Shown here one piece after another: positions 21,401 to 32,144 of a stretch of DNA of 64,000 nucleotides. Each line of letters opens with the position of its first letter. Position 1 is the stretch's first letter. Location: NCBI GenBank assembly GCA_048938105.1, contig JBHLMN010000014.1, positions 99,062 to 163,061 of the forward strand, in the 5' to 3' direction. A program made the position numbers and the translations under genes. The notes below the pieces were generated by a model. That model searched no databases, had not been told where the DNA came from, and was given only the letters and a program-made list of their open reading frames with translations. This stretch comes from Promethearchaeota archaeon (GTDB lineage: Archaea; Asgardarchaeota; Heimdallarchaeia; Hodarchaeales; Hodarchaeaceae).

Positions 21401-22918
21401 ATGTTGAAATGTCGGTGTAAGCAGAACATGGATTGCCAAAAACGAAAGTTTCACAGGCGAATAGCGATAAGAATATTTATTATAGTAGGATTTTTATTAA
21501 TAAGTAATTTTATGCCAATTATGGAAGCAATAGGGAACGGAGAAACAGAAGAAGGTATAATAGCTGTTTTTTATGGTTCAGCTATGGATAAAAAGTTAAG
21601 TCAGGAGATGGTGAGGTTATCAGGGAGAGTAGCTAAGTATTACAACCTCTCTGTTGTCCAAGCTGATTCATCATTTGCATTTGACAATGAAAGTGTTACA
21701 GCCATATGGTGGGTCAACGAATTAGCTTTACCTATAGATTTGACATTTGTGGGCGACATTAGTGAATGGAAACTGAATGGGAGAGGCATGTTTGTATTGA
21801 ATCGTTATTTTAATGAGACTCCCCTCCAAGATTTATCACATCTAGGTATCGCTGCTTATGCCCCAGTTGTATATCCACTTAATGGTTCATTCGCAAAACA
21901 AGAATTAAGCATAGTGGAGAATCAGTTGCCAATGCTTAATTTGAGTAAAACCATCTTTGATTTTAATGGTAGTACAGCATGGGTGGAGATGAATAGCCAA
22001 TCTCAACTGCTAGCAGAGGTTACAACGCCCAAGGTAGACCCTATCTTGGAAGATCTAAAGTCAGGAATTTGGAAGGTAGACAATCGTGTGATTGTTTGCA
22101 GTTTCTCAATTGAAATGAATTTAGAAGTGGAAGAATCCAAGTTTAGGTTACTTGGGGTCGGATTAGAGGCACCAGAAAATGTGATTGAACTTTTAGGGCA
22201 ACTTGCACAATTGACAATAGGAACCTTACCTTCAGGCCAAGAAGGAATTTATCCACAACTAGGAGGAGTAGACGAGATAGCAGCAATTGGTATCGCTGTG
22301 ATTGCAACCATTTTATCTGTTATCATATTGATTAAAATAGGAGTCTTTTCTAAAGTCCGCGAAATCGTGGTAGGAGTTTTTATGAGCCTGGTTTTATTTA
22401 TAGCTCATATTACATACTCACCACAAAGACGACGAATCAATGAAACTGAACTTCTGGAAAATGAGTTGAGAAATCAAATTGTAGAATATCTAGAGCTGAA
22501 AGGGGAACAGGGAGCTCATTTACGTGAGATTCAGCGGGAAGTTAAGTGTGGTATTTCTTCCTTGTTATGGCATTTACAAGCATTAGATGACTTTAATTTA
22601 ATAACCCATGAGAAAATTGGGAAGTATCATATTTTCTATTTAGTTGGTGCAAAATCTGTGCAAATATCAGAAATTGCCTTGGCATTAAAAAGTGATGTAG
22701 CGAAAGAACTCTGTCGTGTATTGATAAGGAAAGGAAAACCGTTACCACTGTCAAAAATTTCACAAGAAATCGATGTACATCATTCTAGTGTACAACATCA
22801 TATCAAGAAATTAGTTGAGTTAGGAATCATAATTACACTAAAAGAAAAAAAGCGATCAAAGTATATCATAGGCCCAAAGCGATTAACATGGTTGAAAAGC
22901 CATTTGGAGGCAGCCTAA
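21401..22918 (+). CDS. Membrane-anchored transcriptional regulator (extracellular domain, TM, tandem wHTH)
   Basis: N-terminal signal/TM, second TM region, then GAHLREIQRE...SSLLWHLQAL and LSKISQEIDVHHSSVQHHIKKL. Confidence 0.75.
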   Translation: MLKCRCKQNMDCQKRKFHRRIAIRIFIIVGFLLISNFMPIMEAIGNGETEEGIIAVFYGSAMDKKLSQEMVRLSGRVAKYYNLSVVQADSSFAFDNESVTAIWWVNELALPIDLTFVGDISEWKLNGRGMFVLNRYFNETPLQDLSHLGIAAYAPVVYPLNGSFAKQELSIVENQLPMLNLSKTIFDFNGSTAWVEMNSQSQLLAEVTTPKVDPILEDLKSGIWKVDNRVIVCSFSIEMNLEVEESKFRLLGVGLEAPENVIELLGQLAQLTIGTLPSGQEGIYPQLGGVDEIAAIGIAVIATILSVIILIKIGVFSKVREIVVGVFMSLVLFIAHITYSPQRRRINETELLENELRNQIVEYLELKGEQGAHLREIQREVKCGISSLLWHLQALDDFNLITHEKIGKYHIFYLVGAKSVQISEIALALKSDVAKELCRVLIRKGKPLPLSKISQEIDVHHSSVQHHIKKLVELGIIITLKEKKRSKYIIGPKRLTWLKSHLEAA

Positions 22919-24544
22919 ACGAAAGCATACAACTATTCATTTAGGAAATCATGGCTCCTAGGTTTGTGTTTAGTATTAGTTACCTCAGGAAATACTGTAT
23001 CAGGTATTGGGAGAAGTGAATATCATTTTATACAATTAGATTCATTTTTTGAAAAAAACCTGTTTGGAGTAAGGTTTGATTATAATCCTAGAGTTTCTAG
23101 TGGTCAACCATTACGAATAATCAATGATTTGCTAGATCAATCATGGGATCCAAATACTACTGACCCAGACCTCAAAGAAGATAATATTCTATCATTAGTA
23201 GGATACGAAGCTCAAGACATCAGTTCAGCATTTCTGGCTTTAGAACAGGTGAAACGGACACAAGACATTCTAATTGATTCGATAGAATGGCAATCTGCAG
23301 CCCCCTTTGTTAAGTATTTACATCATTTCTCTCTTCCAACAGGAGAGGATGTCCTATTAGCTCAGGATTTTCTTGGGATGGCATTAACGGTAAATGGAAG
23401 CGGATTTAATCCTATTGATTATCAGCTTGGATATGCTAATGTACCATTAGAATTTTTAGAGTTTTTAATTCCAAATGATAAGGGATATTCCTTTAATTTG
23501 TCAGTAGAAACTTCCATAATGATCCAAGAATCTGTTAACGAGCTACAAATCGATTTAACATTTTCTAATCTGACCTTTCTATTCCAAACTAGTGGTGTTG
23601 CTTTAGATAATTTTGGATTGGAGATTGCAGAACATTTTATGATTGTTCAGTTTGATTACATATCTTTCTCCCTGACTTTGAGAAAATACTCACATTATGG
23701 GACTTCTGGAGTAGAGACTCTGTCAGAGATTTCAATAGGAAATGTAATGAATTTGATCATTAATGAGGAATTACCACGCGAGCAAAATTGGTTAAATGCC
23801 CTTAATTACACGATACAAGAGGATTTCAAGGATTTAATCCCAATTAACGAAACATTCTCCTGGTATCAGGGCCCAGATATATCAGAACGGTTACAAATGT
23901 TTTCTAATCTTTCTTTCTCCCTCATCACAGCTCAAAACATTGGTGTATTAAACGGAACCCAAGTGGTAAATGATCTTCAGGTAGTTATAGATGATCAGAA
24001 CAGAACAAAAGCAGAATTATCTCAGTTGGAGTTTACTGTAAAAGATGGAATTTCAGTTATTCATGATGAACGAATATTATTCTCAACCCAAGTTAAAGGC
24101 CGGAATTTTGCAATAATTCAGGAAGATGGTATAAATGAAATCTCCCTGGTTCCAATGGAAGCGCGAGTAATTGCTTTGAACCAACAAACTGGGTTTGCAG
24201 ACAATCTTTTATTCCTACAAGAAACATCATTACTAAAAGAACTGATTGTTGAATGTATTAAACGCTTCATTGCAAATCCAGAGATTTCTACATTAGGGAT
24301 CAGTGAAGTATTAAATAAAGTAGGTTTAGATCTGACTTCAGCACAATATATACAAGATTTTCAACTAGTAGAATGGTCAGGGATGAGTTTCAAAATTAAC
24401 TTAATACAATATGCAGTTAAAACCGCTCCATCTTCTACCATTAAATCAAAAATGAGTCAAGTCACACTCATTCCAACCGTATCAGTATTATTGGGGCTTC
24501 TAATTCTGGTAGTCATTGTTAAACGAGGAAATAGGGGAAAATGA
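22919..24544 (+). CDS. Cell-surface protein, paralogue of 24875-26566 (start uncertain: ACG 22919 or TTG 22964)
   Basis: Signal-peptide-like N terminus, many N-x-S/T sites, C-terminal TM plus basic tail; shares motifs with the next gene. Confidence 0.7.
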   Translation, partial: TKAYNYSFRKSWLLGLCLVLVTSGNTVSGIGRSEYHFIQLDSFFEKNLFGVRFDYNPRVSSGQPLRIINDLLDQSWDPNTTDPDLKEDNILSLVGYEAQDISSAFLALEQVKRTQDILIDSIEWQSAAPFVKYLHHFSLPTGEDVLLAQDFLGMALTVNGSGFNPIDYQLGYANVPLEFLEFLIPNDKGYSFNLSVETSIMIQESVNELQIDLTFSNLTFLFQTSGVALDNFGLEIAEHFMIVQFDYISFSLTLRKYSHYGTSGVETLSEISIGNVMNLIINEELPREQNWLNALNYTIQEDFKDLIPINETFSWYQGPDISERLQMFSNLSFSLITAQNIGVLNGTQVVNDLQVVIDDQNRTKAELSQLEFTVKDGISVIHDERILFSTQVKGRNFAIIQEDGINEISLVPMEARVIALNQQTGFADNLLFLQETSLLKELIVECIKRFIANPEISTLGISEVLNKVGLDLTSAQYIQDFQLVEWSGMSFKINLIQYAVKTAPSSTIKSKMSQVTLIPTVSVLLGLLILVVIVKRGNRGK

Positions 24545-24778
24545 ATACCTAAAAAGCTCTAAGAAAGGAATAATCCACATCCACTAATCAAAAATGAAGC
24601 TAAGAAGGTTATTCCAATCCAATAAGATTGGAACCTATAATATATTATTGAACATAAAGTAATTCTTTTAAAAGCAAGGTTTTAAGGGATTTAAAAAACA
24701 TTATAAACTTTTTTTGGCGGATTTTTGTTTCGCACATTTTTTTAAAGGATGATAAATGCATAGTTCTTAGACCAATTA

Positions 24779-24829
24779 CTCGACTTCAGATGTGACTCAA
24801 AACTTTAAATTATGAGTTTCATAGTCGAG
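24779..24829 (+). promoter_or_regulatory. TATA box (TTTAAA 24804-24809) inside nested inverted repeats
   Basis: CTCGACT/AGTCGAG (24779-24785, 24823-24829) and ACTCA/TGAGT (24795-24799, 24813-24817). Confidence 0.4.
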
Positions 24830-24874
24830 AGTTCAATTAAAGTAATTTAAAAGTTATTTAGGTGAAATCTAATA

Positions 24875-26566
24875 ATGAAAAAACAAAAAGTATTGATTCT
24901 ACAGCTGGCATTGTCTACAATTGCTATCTTAGCTAGTTCGATAATTTTTTCAGCTGCTAATACAACGGCTCCTACTGAATTCGTTCTCTCTCATGACTTT
25001 AGTGAAGATTACTTCCATGAAACAATCGATGTTCCACTTAAACCATATTTCCCTGATGATAACGCCTCGGTCTTTCTATCCTATATTAATGCATCAGGTA
25101 TTGAAGTTGGTTACACTGGCTTAGAAAAAGTTGAGATGGATCTTAAACTCAGTGATATTTTTAGATCTTCAGCCATGGCTGTACTAGAGGATCTTGGTTT
25201 TCCAGATGAACCGATCGCAACTGTAAATGCAACAACACCATTTCAATTCCTGCTCGAACATTGGACAACAACAGAAGATGGTTCCACTTCAGAGATGTTT
25301 GCTGCAAATGATTTTGTAGCGCTTCTCGCATACTCTACTACTCCATCTGAAAAAACCTTGACTCCTGATGACACAATCTACGTTGGATACACATTAGCTC
25401 TAGATCAACTAACTAATGGTATAAACGCACTAATAACCGATCCTTCTCATGGTTACGATGCTATTCCGAAATATGACGTTGAAACCTCATTTGAAGTTGT
25501 AGACAAAAACGAAATTCATTTTGGTATTAATTACACCAATATGGTGACATTTTGGCAAAAAGCAGACGAGAGCGCTTATGACCCAGTTAAAGACATTCCA
25601 AAAGCATTATTAAAAGATAAAATAGATAAATTAAAAGCAATGATTGCAGGGTTTCAGGCAGCAACAGTATTTGACTATCTAGCTTTTAACTACAACGTAA
25701 CATGGTCCACGTCAACTGAAGGTGAAGTTACAGAAGTTAAAACTGACATTGTTACCCATTACAATATTGGGGAAGTCAGCTGGTTATTCACATTAGACTC
25801 TGGATCTCCGATTGACTCAAAATATACTGATTCATTCAAGGACTCAATAACTTATGAAATTGATTTACCTGGTGCTGGTTTGAACATTCTAGGAACACCT
25901 ATTCCTGACAAACTTTCTCATGAGTTTATAGTTGAAGCTTATCCATTTGATGATGCACAAGCCCGTATAAATGATGCAAACGGATTTGGTTTCGCTGTAA
26001 TGACACAGACTAATTCTTATGGATTGAATTTCAAGGATGCCATCTGGGATGATGGAATGCTGACTATCTCGGCTGAAGATGACTTTGAAACTTCTTTTGT
26101 TGATAAAAACACCTACAAATTAAAGGGTGTTGAAGAGCTTGGCTTCGATGCTGATCTTGACCGCAATGTTACTTTTCTTGCTAAATACCATTCAGATATG
26201 ACTCATGTAACAACTCCCCTAGTCAAAGGATATTTGGATATTTCTCACGAACTCTATCACGACTTTATCAAGTGGATACTCGAAAATGGATTTGGTTATC
26301 ACAAAACCTATGGCTACAGAGCTGAGGAGGCAAATTACTTGACCCTCACTCAGTTTGGTGATTGGGTTGGTGGAGAAATCGTCCACGATCCCGCGTATTC
26401 CGCCGTTGCAGCGATGGCTGCTGTTGAGTCAAGTGCTTCATCATCATCAAAGACCAGTGGGCCTCCACCAACTAGTACCACTGGTGGTGTTCCTGGATTC
26501 GAGATTCTCATTGTGTTATTTACCCTTCCTCCTCTGTATACAATGCACCGTAAGCGACATCATTAA
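24875..26566 (+). CDS. Cell-surface (S-layer-like) glycoprotein with PGF-CTERM-type anchor
   Basis: Signal peptide, Ser/Thr linker, VPGFEILIVLFTL...RKRHH C terminus. Confidence 0.8.
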   Translation: MKKQKVLILQLALSTIAILASSIIFSAANTTAPTEFVLSHDFSEDYFHETIDVPLKPYFPDDNASVFLSYINASGIEVGYTGLEKVEMDLKLSDIFRSSAMAVLEDLGFPDEPIATVNATTPFQFLLEHWTTTEDGSTSEMFAANDFVALLAYSTTPSEKTLTPDDTIYVGYTLALDQLTNGINALITDPSHGYDAIPKYDVETSFEVVDKNEIHFGINYTNMVTFWQKADESAYDPVKDIPKALLKDKIDKLKAMIAGFQAATVFDYLAFNYNVTWSTSTEGEVTEVKTDIVTHYNIGEVSWLFTLDSGSPIDSKYTDSFKDSITYEIDLPGAGLNILGTPIPDKLSHEFIVEAYPFDDAQARINDANGFGFAVMTQTNSYGLNFKDAIWDDGMLTISAEDDFETSFVDKNTYKLKGVEELGFDADLDRNVTFLAKYHSDMTHVTTPLVKGYLDISHELYHDFIKWILENGFGYHKTYGYRAEEANYLTLTQFGDWVGGEIVHDPAYSAVAAMAAVESSASSSSKTSGPPPTSTTGGVPGFEILIVLFTLPPLYTMHRKRHH

Positions 26567-26568
26567 TC

Positions 26569-26610
26569 TTTTTTTTTCTTTTTTTTCTTTTTTTTCCCTC
26601 TTTTCTTTGT
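26569..26610 (+). terminator. Oligo-T archaeal terminator
   Basis: Several T runs immediately after the stop codon. Confidence 0.6.
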
Positions 26611-26853
26611 ATTCTGATTAATTTTATTAAAATTAGCCTCAATACATTATGAGATTCTTTATTAAGATGAACTTAAAGGCAAATATCTATTACCCAATAA
26701 GCTCAAACTTCAAACTTGGTAAATAGTCTAGCTATGACCATTATAACAAATTTAGAATAATCTTTTAAATAAAGTTGAAATCTTTTATCTCACAAAGAGC
26801 TAAAAAACTAAAGATCTTTTTAATCAGAGTTAATTGCAATAGGATGAGAAATA

Positions 26854-29439
26854 ATGGTATCAATTGCCTTATTAATGGATCCAATTAACCTTTTTGCCTC
26901 GTTACTTCTCACGTTCTCCCCCATAATAATTTTATTCTTTCCTTATCTTATTACACGGCGAAAAGATGAAAATATTTTTGCAGTCATCTTTAATCGTGCT
27001 TATATTGGCTTTATTGTTTTTTATTTGGCATATTTCATCTTTCCCAGTATCTTAAACGCTTTTGTGCCACACCCGACTCAATATATGGATCAGGAGTATT
27101 ATCCTGTTTCAGGTACAGGTGTGTGGGAAGGAGACTATACTACTATATGGGATTCAGCTGCGAGTCCTGTACAAGCTACAATTCCAGGAATGCCCATGTT
27201 AGTTCGCTATCTGTTTCAGCATTTTGTAAATTCAATTGTTAATTATTTATATTATCCAATCATTATTCTAGCGTTTGTTTTCGGTATTTCCCCAATTGTT
27301 TCAATGATAATACTGTTATACCAGACTTGGAGCGATAAACGTAACGAAAAGAAACCTCTCAGACGGCTAATCAAGCAAAATAATGAGGAACTTAAAATTC
27401 TTTTGAACAGGCAAAGAGCTGCCAGCGAAGACGAGCTTCAAGAGATTGGCCGAGAAATTAATGAGTTAGAAAAAGATATTCTTAGTTTAAAGCAGCAAAC
27501 AGAAGAAGTCCGAAGTGTTACTCAACGATTAAAAGAGATTCAGTTTGAAATGGAAGTTTCACCGTTTCAAGAAATCAGAAAACGGGTGAAAGAAAAAGAG
27601 TGGGCAAATGAAAGGGAGTTATTAAAAGTACTCATTGCCATCCTTCCCATTACACTATTTTTACTTATGACGATCTTACGTCTCCTAGGAGAAACCGAAA
27701 ATCCCAGCTTACTTCAAGGTACTTCAATGGGTTGGTTTTTAGAGATATTCTTTGCATACATTGCAACACTTGTATTTAGTGTGTACCTGATTAAAGCAAG
27801 TAACTTGTCTCGTAAAGGTAAATTCCTAGGAAATCAACTATACATTGCAATGGTTCAGAGCTTATCGACTGTAGGGGCAGTTACATCAGGATTAGCTGTT
27901 ATTCTCTTCTTATTCGAGTATTTCGATCAGATTTTTGTTATTTCCTATTTCGTGGTTTACTTCATTATGGTTTCGATATTCTTTGTACTTTTTCTGGATA
28001 TTTTTGAACCTTTTTCGATTTATTTGCTAATAAAGCTCATCGAATCATTTAAAAATCTTAAATTGACAGTTAAAAGAATTGATCGTACTAATATCCTAAA
28101 ATCAACCGCTGTGGGAATTGTTATTGGTTTTCTTCTTGCAATTGGGTTTCTCGTTTACCGTGTTATTCTCACAGGTATAGCCCGTAATATTGAAACTGTT
28201 CAATATGATACCTTCTTTTGGATAACTCAAAATTGCATTAGCTTTCTTATCTGTGCTGCGTTGATCTTATTCTTTAGAAGATGGAATTGGAGTGTATTTG
28301 GAACAACACTAGTGATATTTGTGTCAATATCTACTGTTAGTTTCTTGGTCTTTGGCTGGTTTGATCTAAAATGGTACACGCTATTAGGTTTACCCACCTC
28401 GATTTTCCGGATTGGTGGTGTTCCTTTAATTCCTCCATTTATCACTCTCACTTCCATCTTTGCTGGTTTGACTCAGGGGTGGGAACTAAAGTGGCTAACT
28501 TCTGTCTGGAAAGAAGGTGTCTTCAATGAGGTACAATTTATAATCCCTGAATTACGTCAGATTCCTGTGATCTGGCAAGGGCAGGGAGGAACCTTCCTCG
28601 GAATTCTATCTATTCCCTATAACCTTTTACATCCTTTTGCAATAATATTAACCTATGGTGCGATTTTATTCTTAGCTCGGCGAAAATTTCATGTAAAAAC
28701 ACAGAAAAGTGACAAAGAAGGGGAAGAAAAAATCCAATTTAGGTCAATTTTTTCTGAAATGGGAAGATTGCCTAATTTAGGTGAATTACGGAATAAATCG
28801 GATATAATTCTGGTTGGAACGACACCTAGTGATGATCCTGAAGTGAGGCAAAAGGTAGATGAAGCCTGGGTATCAATCGAGAATGGACAACAGCTGCGTG
28901 ATGCTATCACTGGGACACTTAAACCTTTGAATGAAATAGATATGCCTATTACTGAGATCTATCGAATTTTAGATGAATTAACTTTTGATATTGAAGTTCC
29001 TTTTAATCAAATACTTACTCTATTGCATAGAGAATTCTCATACTCCTTTGAAGAAGTAACTATTGATTCGCTCCATATAATGATGCTTGATGGGCGTGCT
29101 GTGTTATCACACACTTTTGCAACGGAGTCACTAGTCGAGCCAGCGTTAGTAGCTGGTCTTTTCTCAGCCATTACCTCTTTCGCGAAAGAAGCAGTGCGGA
29201 GTGAACAGTTATTAAAGACTATAGATCATGGTGACGTGGTTCTAACCATAGAATATGCAAAATGGGTTTTTGCTGCAATTTTTGCAGATAGTACCTCTAC
29301 CGAGTTGAGAAAAAAGCTTAACGAATTTTTAACAAACTTTGAAGAAAGATATGCTAAGACTCTTCCGACTTGGTTAGGAGATCTTGATATTTTTAAACAG
29401 GATATAGAAATTATAGATGAAGTTTTCTCTCCTGGGTAG
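26854..29439 (+). CDS. Polytopic membrane protein with coiled coil and C-terminal longin-like domain
   Basis: Many TM segments; C-terminal HIMMLDGRAVLSHTF...EPALVAGLFSAITSFAKE...LRKKLNEFLTNFEERY...W.GDL..F, the Asgard longin pattern. Confidence 0.8.
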   Translation: MVSIALLMDPINLFASLLLTFSPIIILFFPYLITRRKDENIFAVIFNRAYIGFIVFYLAYFIFPSILNAFVPHPTQYMDQEYYPVSGTGVWEGDYTTIWDSAASPVQATIPGMPMLVRYLFQHFVNSIVNYLYYPIIILAFVFGISPIVSMIILLYQTWSDKRNEKKPLRRLIKQNNEELKILLNRQRAASEDELQEIGREINELEKDILSLKQQTEEVRSVTQRLKEIQFEMEVSPFQEIRKRVKEKEWANERELLKVLIAILPITLFLLMTILRLLGETENPSLLQGTSMGWFLEIFFAYIATLVFSVYLIKASNLSRKGKFLGNQLYIAMVQSLSTVGAVTSGLAVILFLFEYFDQIFVISYFVVYFIMVSIFFVLFLDIFEPFSIYLLIKLIESFKNLKLTVKRIDRTNILKSTAVGIVIGFLLAIGFLVYRVILTGIARNIETVQYDTFFWITQNCISFLICAALILFFRRWNWSVFGTTLVIFVSISTVSFLVFGWFDLKWYTLLGLPTSIFRIGGVPLIPPFITLTSIFAGLTQGWELKWLTSVWKEGVFNEVQFIIPELRQIPVIWQGQGGTFLGILSIPYNLLHPFAIILTYGAILFLARRKFHVKTQKSDKEGEEKIQFRSIFSEMGRLPNLGELRNKSDIILVGTTPSDDPEVRQKVDEAWVSIENGQQLRDAITGTLKPLNEIDMPITEIYRILDELTFDIEVPFNQILTLLHREFSYSFEEVTIDSLHIMMLDGRAVLSHTFATESLVEPALVAGLFSAITSFAKEAVRSEQLLKTIDHGDVVLTIEYAKWVFAAIFADSTSTELRKKLNEFLTNFEERYAKTLPTWLGDLDIFKQDIEIIDEVFSPG

Positions 29440-29519
29440 AGAACATTATTAGTCCTAACATAAGTTTGAGTCCATTGGTTGTATATATTCAATATATTGC
29501 CTAAAATGCGTTTAAAGTT

Positions 29520-32144
29520 TTATTCACCCTCTCCAATGATAAAACAATAATCACCAGTTTTTAATTGGGTAATTGAGCAAATGATTGTTGTAAGATCTGT
29601 CTTTAGGGTTATTTTTAAACCATTTAAAGGATTTTTGGCTTTTGAATGGAATATAAATCCTTTTTGAGTCATTAAAGTGGCCCAATGTAATAAATCTGAT
29701 TTGGAGTAAGCTTTTATACGGATTGAAGTAGTTTTTATTCTTAATTCTGATTCAAATATTAGGTCTCGTTGTAGAATATCTGATATAAGAGATTCGGGGA
29801 GAGAATTTGTTTGAATTTCTGGAATTAGTGTAATAAACCAATCGATATCTAGTTCTCCAATTTCTAAAGGTTCCTCACCAGGAACATATTCTGATACTTC
29901 AGGAAATATTTGTTCATCAGCTACGGCTTCTTCAACCTTTAGTTGTTGCAGATCTGCTGGAGGTAGTGTAGAGATAAGCAGTGGTAGTTTTCGGTTTTGA
30001 TCTACAAGTACAAGAACCTTATCGTGCAAATACGAGATAATTACTTCAGTAATTTCTCGATAATTGTAATCTGAATCCAGAAGACACTGATTAACGATCT
30101 CTAAAGCAAAAAGTCCTTCGTTTATAGCAAGCTGGTCTATTTGTTTATAAATAATCTCGTACAAAACAGGATGAGGAATTTCGCCTTTATATGATCGATT
30201 GATTTGGAGAGGAGTTATTAAGGATAAACCTAGATGAAGATCAAGTATTTGTATTGTTGGAGCAAAATCATCAATAACACCAACGAATTCTTCCAGAGTG
30301 GTTCGGAACTCTGTTTCGAAGGCGTAAGAGAAATTCCTGATTCGCCGTTTTAGGATGTTCAGGTACTTTGGAGTCCGATCGAGGATAACTGCAGCAACAG
30401 AGTTGGTTCCCTCAACCGTGACAATTTTAAAAGCACGATCTCCAATTTCTTCAGTAAATATTCGTAAAATTGTACGTTCTTTAACGAGATCTTCTTTCAG
30501 TTCACTAAAAAGCCCTGAAATAGCGCTCAGAAATCCTGAAACCAGTTGAGGATCTATTTTCAGCATGGTTATTCCAAAATCAAAGATACAAATTCCAGTT
30601 TTTTTGTGTAGAATTAAAATGTGTTTACATGCAAGTAGATTTGTTAAATCTTTGTGACTAAACGCTTCAATCTCTGAAGAATCCCGCGTCATTGTACTAA
30701 ACTCATCTTTAGGAAGACTAGAAACAACTTTTAACTCTATTTTCTCCATTCCTCCTCTATATCGCGGGATAGTATTAGGCATTTCATCTTCCTGAGGATC
30801 GATATGTTTAGATAAACGGGGACGTACACGAATTTTAATAGGTTCTTGGCTCCCTCTTTGTAGTCCTACAATTAATGCTTCTCCCCTAATAAGATGAGGT
30901 AATCTTGAAACAATTTCAGTGCTTATTCCTTCCATCAAGCGAATTTTATTAATGTCCTTATCAGATCTTATCCTTAGCGCAATTAATGTGTTCATGTTTG
31001 CTATAATGTTATCTGGAAAATCTGCAGGTCGTTGAGAAATGAGAATCTCATAAATACCAAATTTCCGTCCCTCTCGAGCAATTTTTGTAATTATCTCATT
31101 TGTAGAGGCAAAACGATGTGCTTCTTCAATGACAAGTATAATTTCATTCTCACGCGCTAGATCCCCATGAATTTTCTTCTCAAATACTAAAGTAAGTATT
31201 TCATTAACTAAAAGATTACTTTTACGTTCATCAAGAAATTGATCTAACCGAACAATCGAGATCTGTCCTGGGCGGATAAAGGTCTCCAAATCTAGTTCTT
31301 CTTCAAAAAGGTTCAGATTTTTCAGGGAAAATATCTTTGAAATTAAAGTTTCTCGTGTAGAACTATGGATATTTGAATTTTGTATCAACGAGATTAAGTC
31401 TTCTAATAAGATTGGTTTTTCGATAATATTTGATAAAGAATTTTCTTGTGCAGCCGTTAAATCGGTTAATCTACGTAGTCGTGGCAAATCGAAGCTTTTT
31501 CCCAGACTTAAGGTATCTTTTTCAAAAAGAAGGATACTGTCTTGAAAGCCACGAGGCGAGTAGTCCTCATAATCTAGTTTTTCGATCTCTGTACCATCAT
31601 TTGGTTGAGCTAATCCCCAGTATTCGTTATGGATATCGAATAACAAGACAGATGCAGTATCAAACTTCATAAGAATTTCTTCTAATAATACACCAACACT
31701 GTACGATTTTCCAGCACCTGTACTAGCCACACAGAGTACATGTCTTTCCAAAAATTTTGGTGATATGAGAAAAGGGTCTGTATTATTATCAAAAGTAATT
31801 ACGTCCCCTAAATAAACCCCTTGGTCACCACGGTACGAGATAATCTTCGATACTAGTCCTTTAGGTGGATGTTGGATTTGTGCTTGGGAAGATATTGGAA
31901 ACTTGCAGGGTGAAAGTGAAAAATCTTCAGAGTTGATTTCTCCAAGAATTGTGGCTGTGCCTTTTATTTCTTCTCCCTTGGTTTGGATTAAATTCGTTAC
32001 TTGGGCCAGATACTGTTTTTGTGGAGTTTTTTTAGATTCAGTAATCAAAATAAAATCCTGTTCATAAATCGATGTTTTTGTCGTGTCTATGTTAAAAGAA
32101 ATTTCAGATGTTGAGGACTTCAATACTTCCATTGTGCGTGGCAA
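29520..32144 (-). CDS. HerA/FtsK-family ATPase fused to longin-like and wHTH domains
   Basis: HAS-barrel-like N terminus, ASTGAGKS, FDIHNEY, VIEEAHRF, REGRKFG, SQRP; then HILILHKKTGICIF...IDPQLVSGFLSAISGL longin pattern. Confidence 0.82.
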   Translation of the reverse strand: MPRTMEVLKSSTSEISFNIDTTKTSIYEQDFILITESKKTPQKQYLAQVTNLIQTKGEEIKGTATILGEINSEDFSLSPCKFPISSQAQIQHPPKGLVSKIISYRGDQGVYLGDVITFDNNTDPFLISPKFLERHVLCVASTGAGKSYSVGVLLEEILMKFDTASVLLFDIHNEYWGLAQPNDGTEIEKLDYEDYSPRGFQDSILLFEKDTLSLGKSFDLPRLRRLTDLTAAQENSLSNIIEKPILLEDLISLIQNSNIHSSTRETLISKIFSLKNLNLFEEELDLETFIRPGQISIVRLDQFLDERKSNLLVNEILTLVFEKKIHGDLARENEIILVIEEAHRFASTNEIITKIAREGRKFGIYEILISQRPADFPDNIIANMNTLIALRIRSDKDINKIRLMEGISTEIVSRLPHLIRGEALIVGLQRGSQEPIKIRVRPRLSKHIDPQEDEMPNTIPRYRGGMEKIELKVVSSLPKDEFSTMTRDSSEIEAFSHKDLTNLLACKHILILHKKTGICIFDFGITMLKIDPQLVSGFLSAISGLFSELKEDLVKERTILRIFTEEIGDRAFKIVTVEGTNSVAAVILDRTPKYLNILKRRIRNFSYAFETEFRTTLEEFVGVIDDFAPTIQILDLHLGLSLITPLQINRSYKGEIPHPVLYEIIYKQIDQLAINEGLFALEIVNQCLLDSDYNYREITEVIISYLHDKVLVLVDQNRKLPLLISTLPPADLQQLKVEEAVADEQIFPEVSEYVPGEEPLEIGELDIDWFITLIPEIQTNSLPESLISDILQRDLIFESELRIKTTSIRIKAYSKSDLLHWATLMTQKGFIFHSKAKNPLNGLKITLKTDLTTIICSITQLKTGDYCFIIGEGE

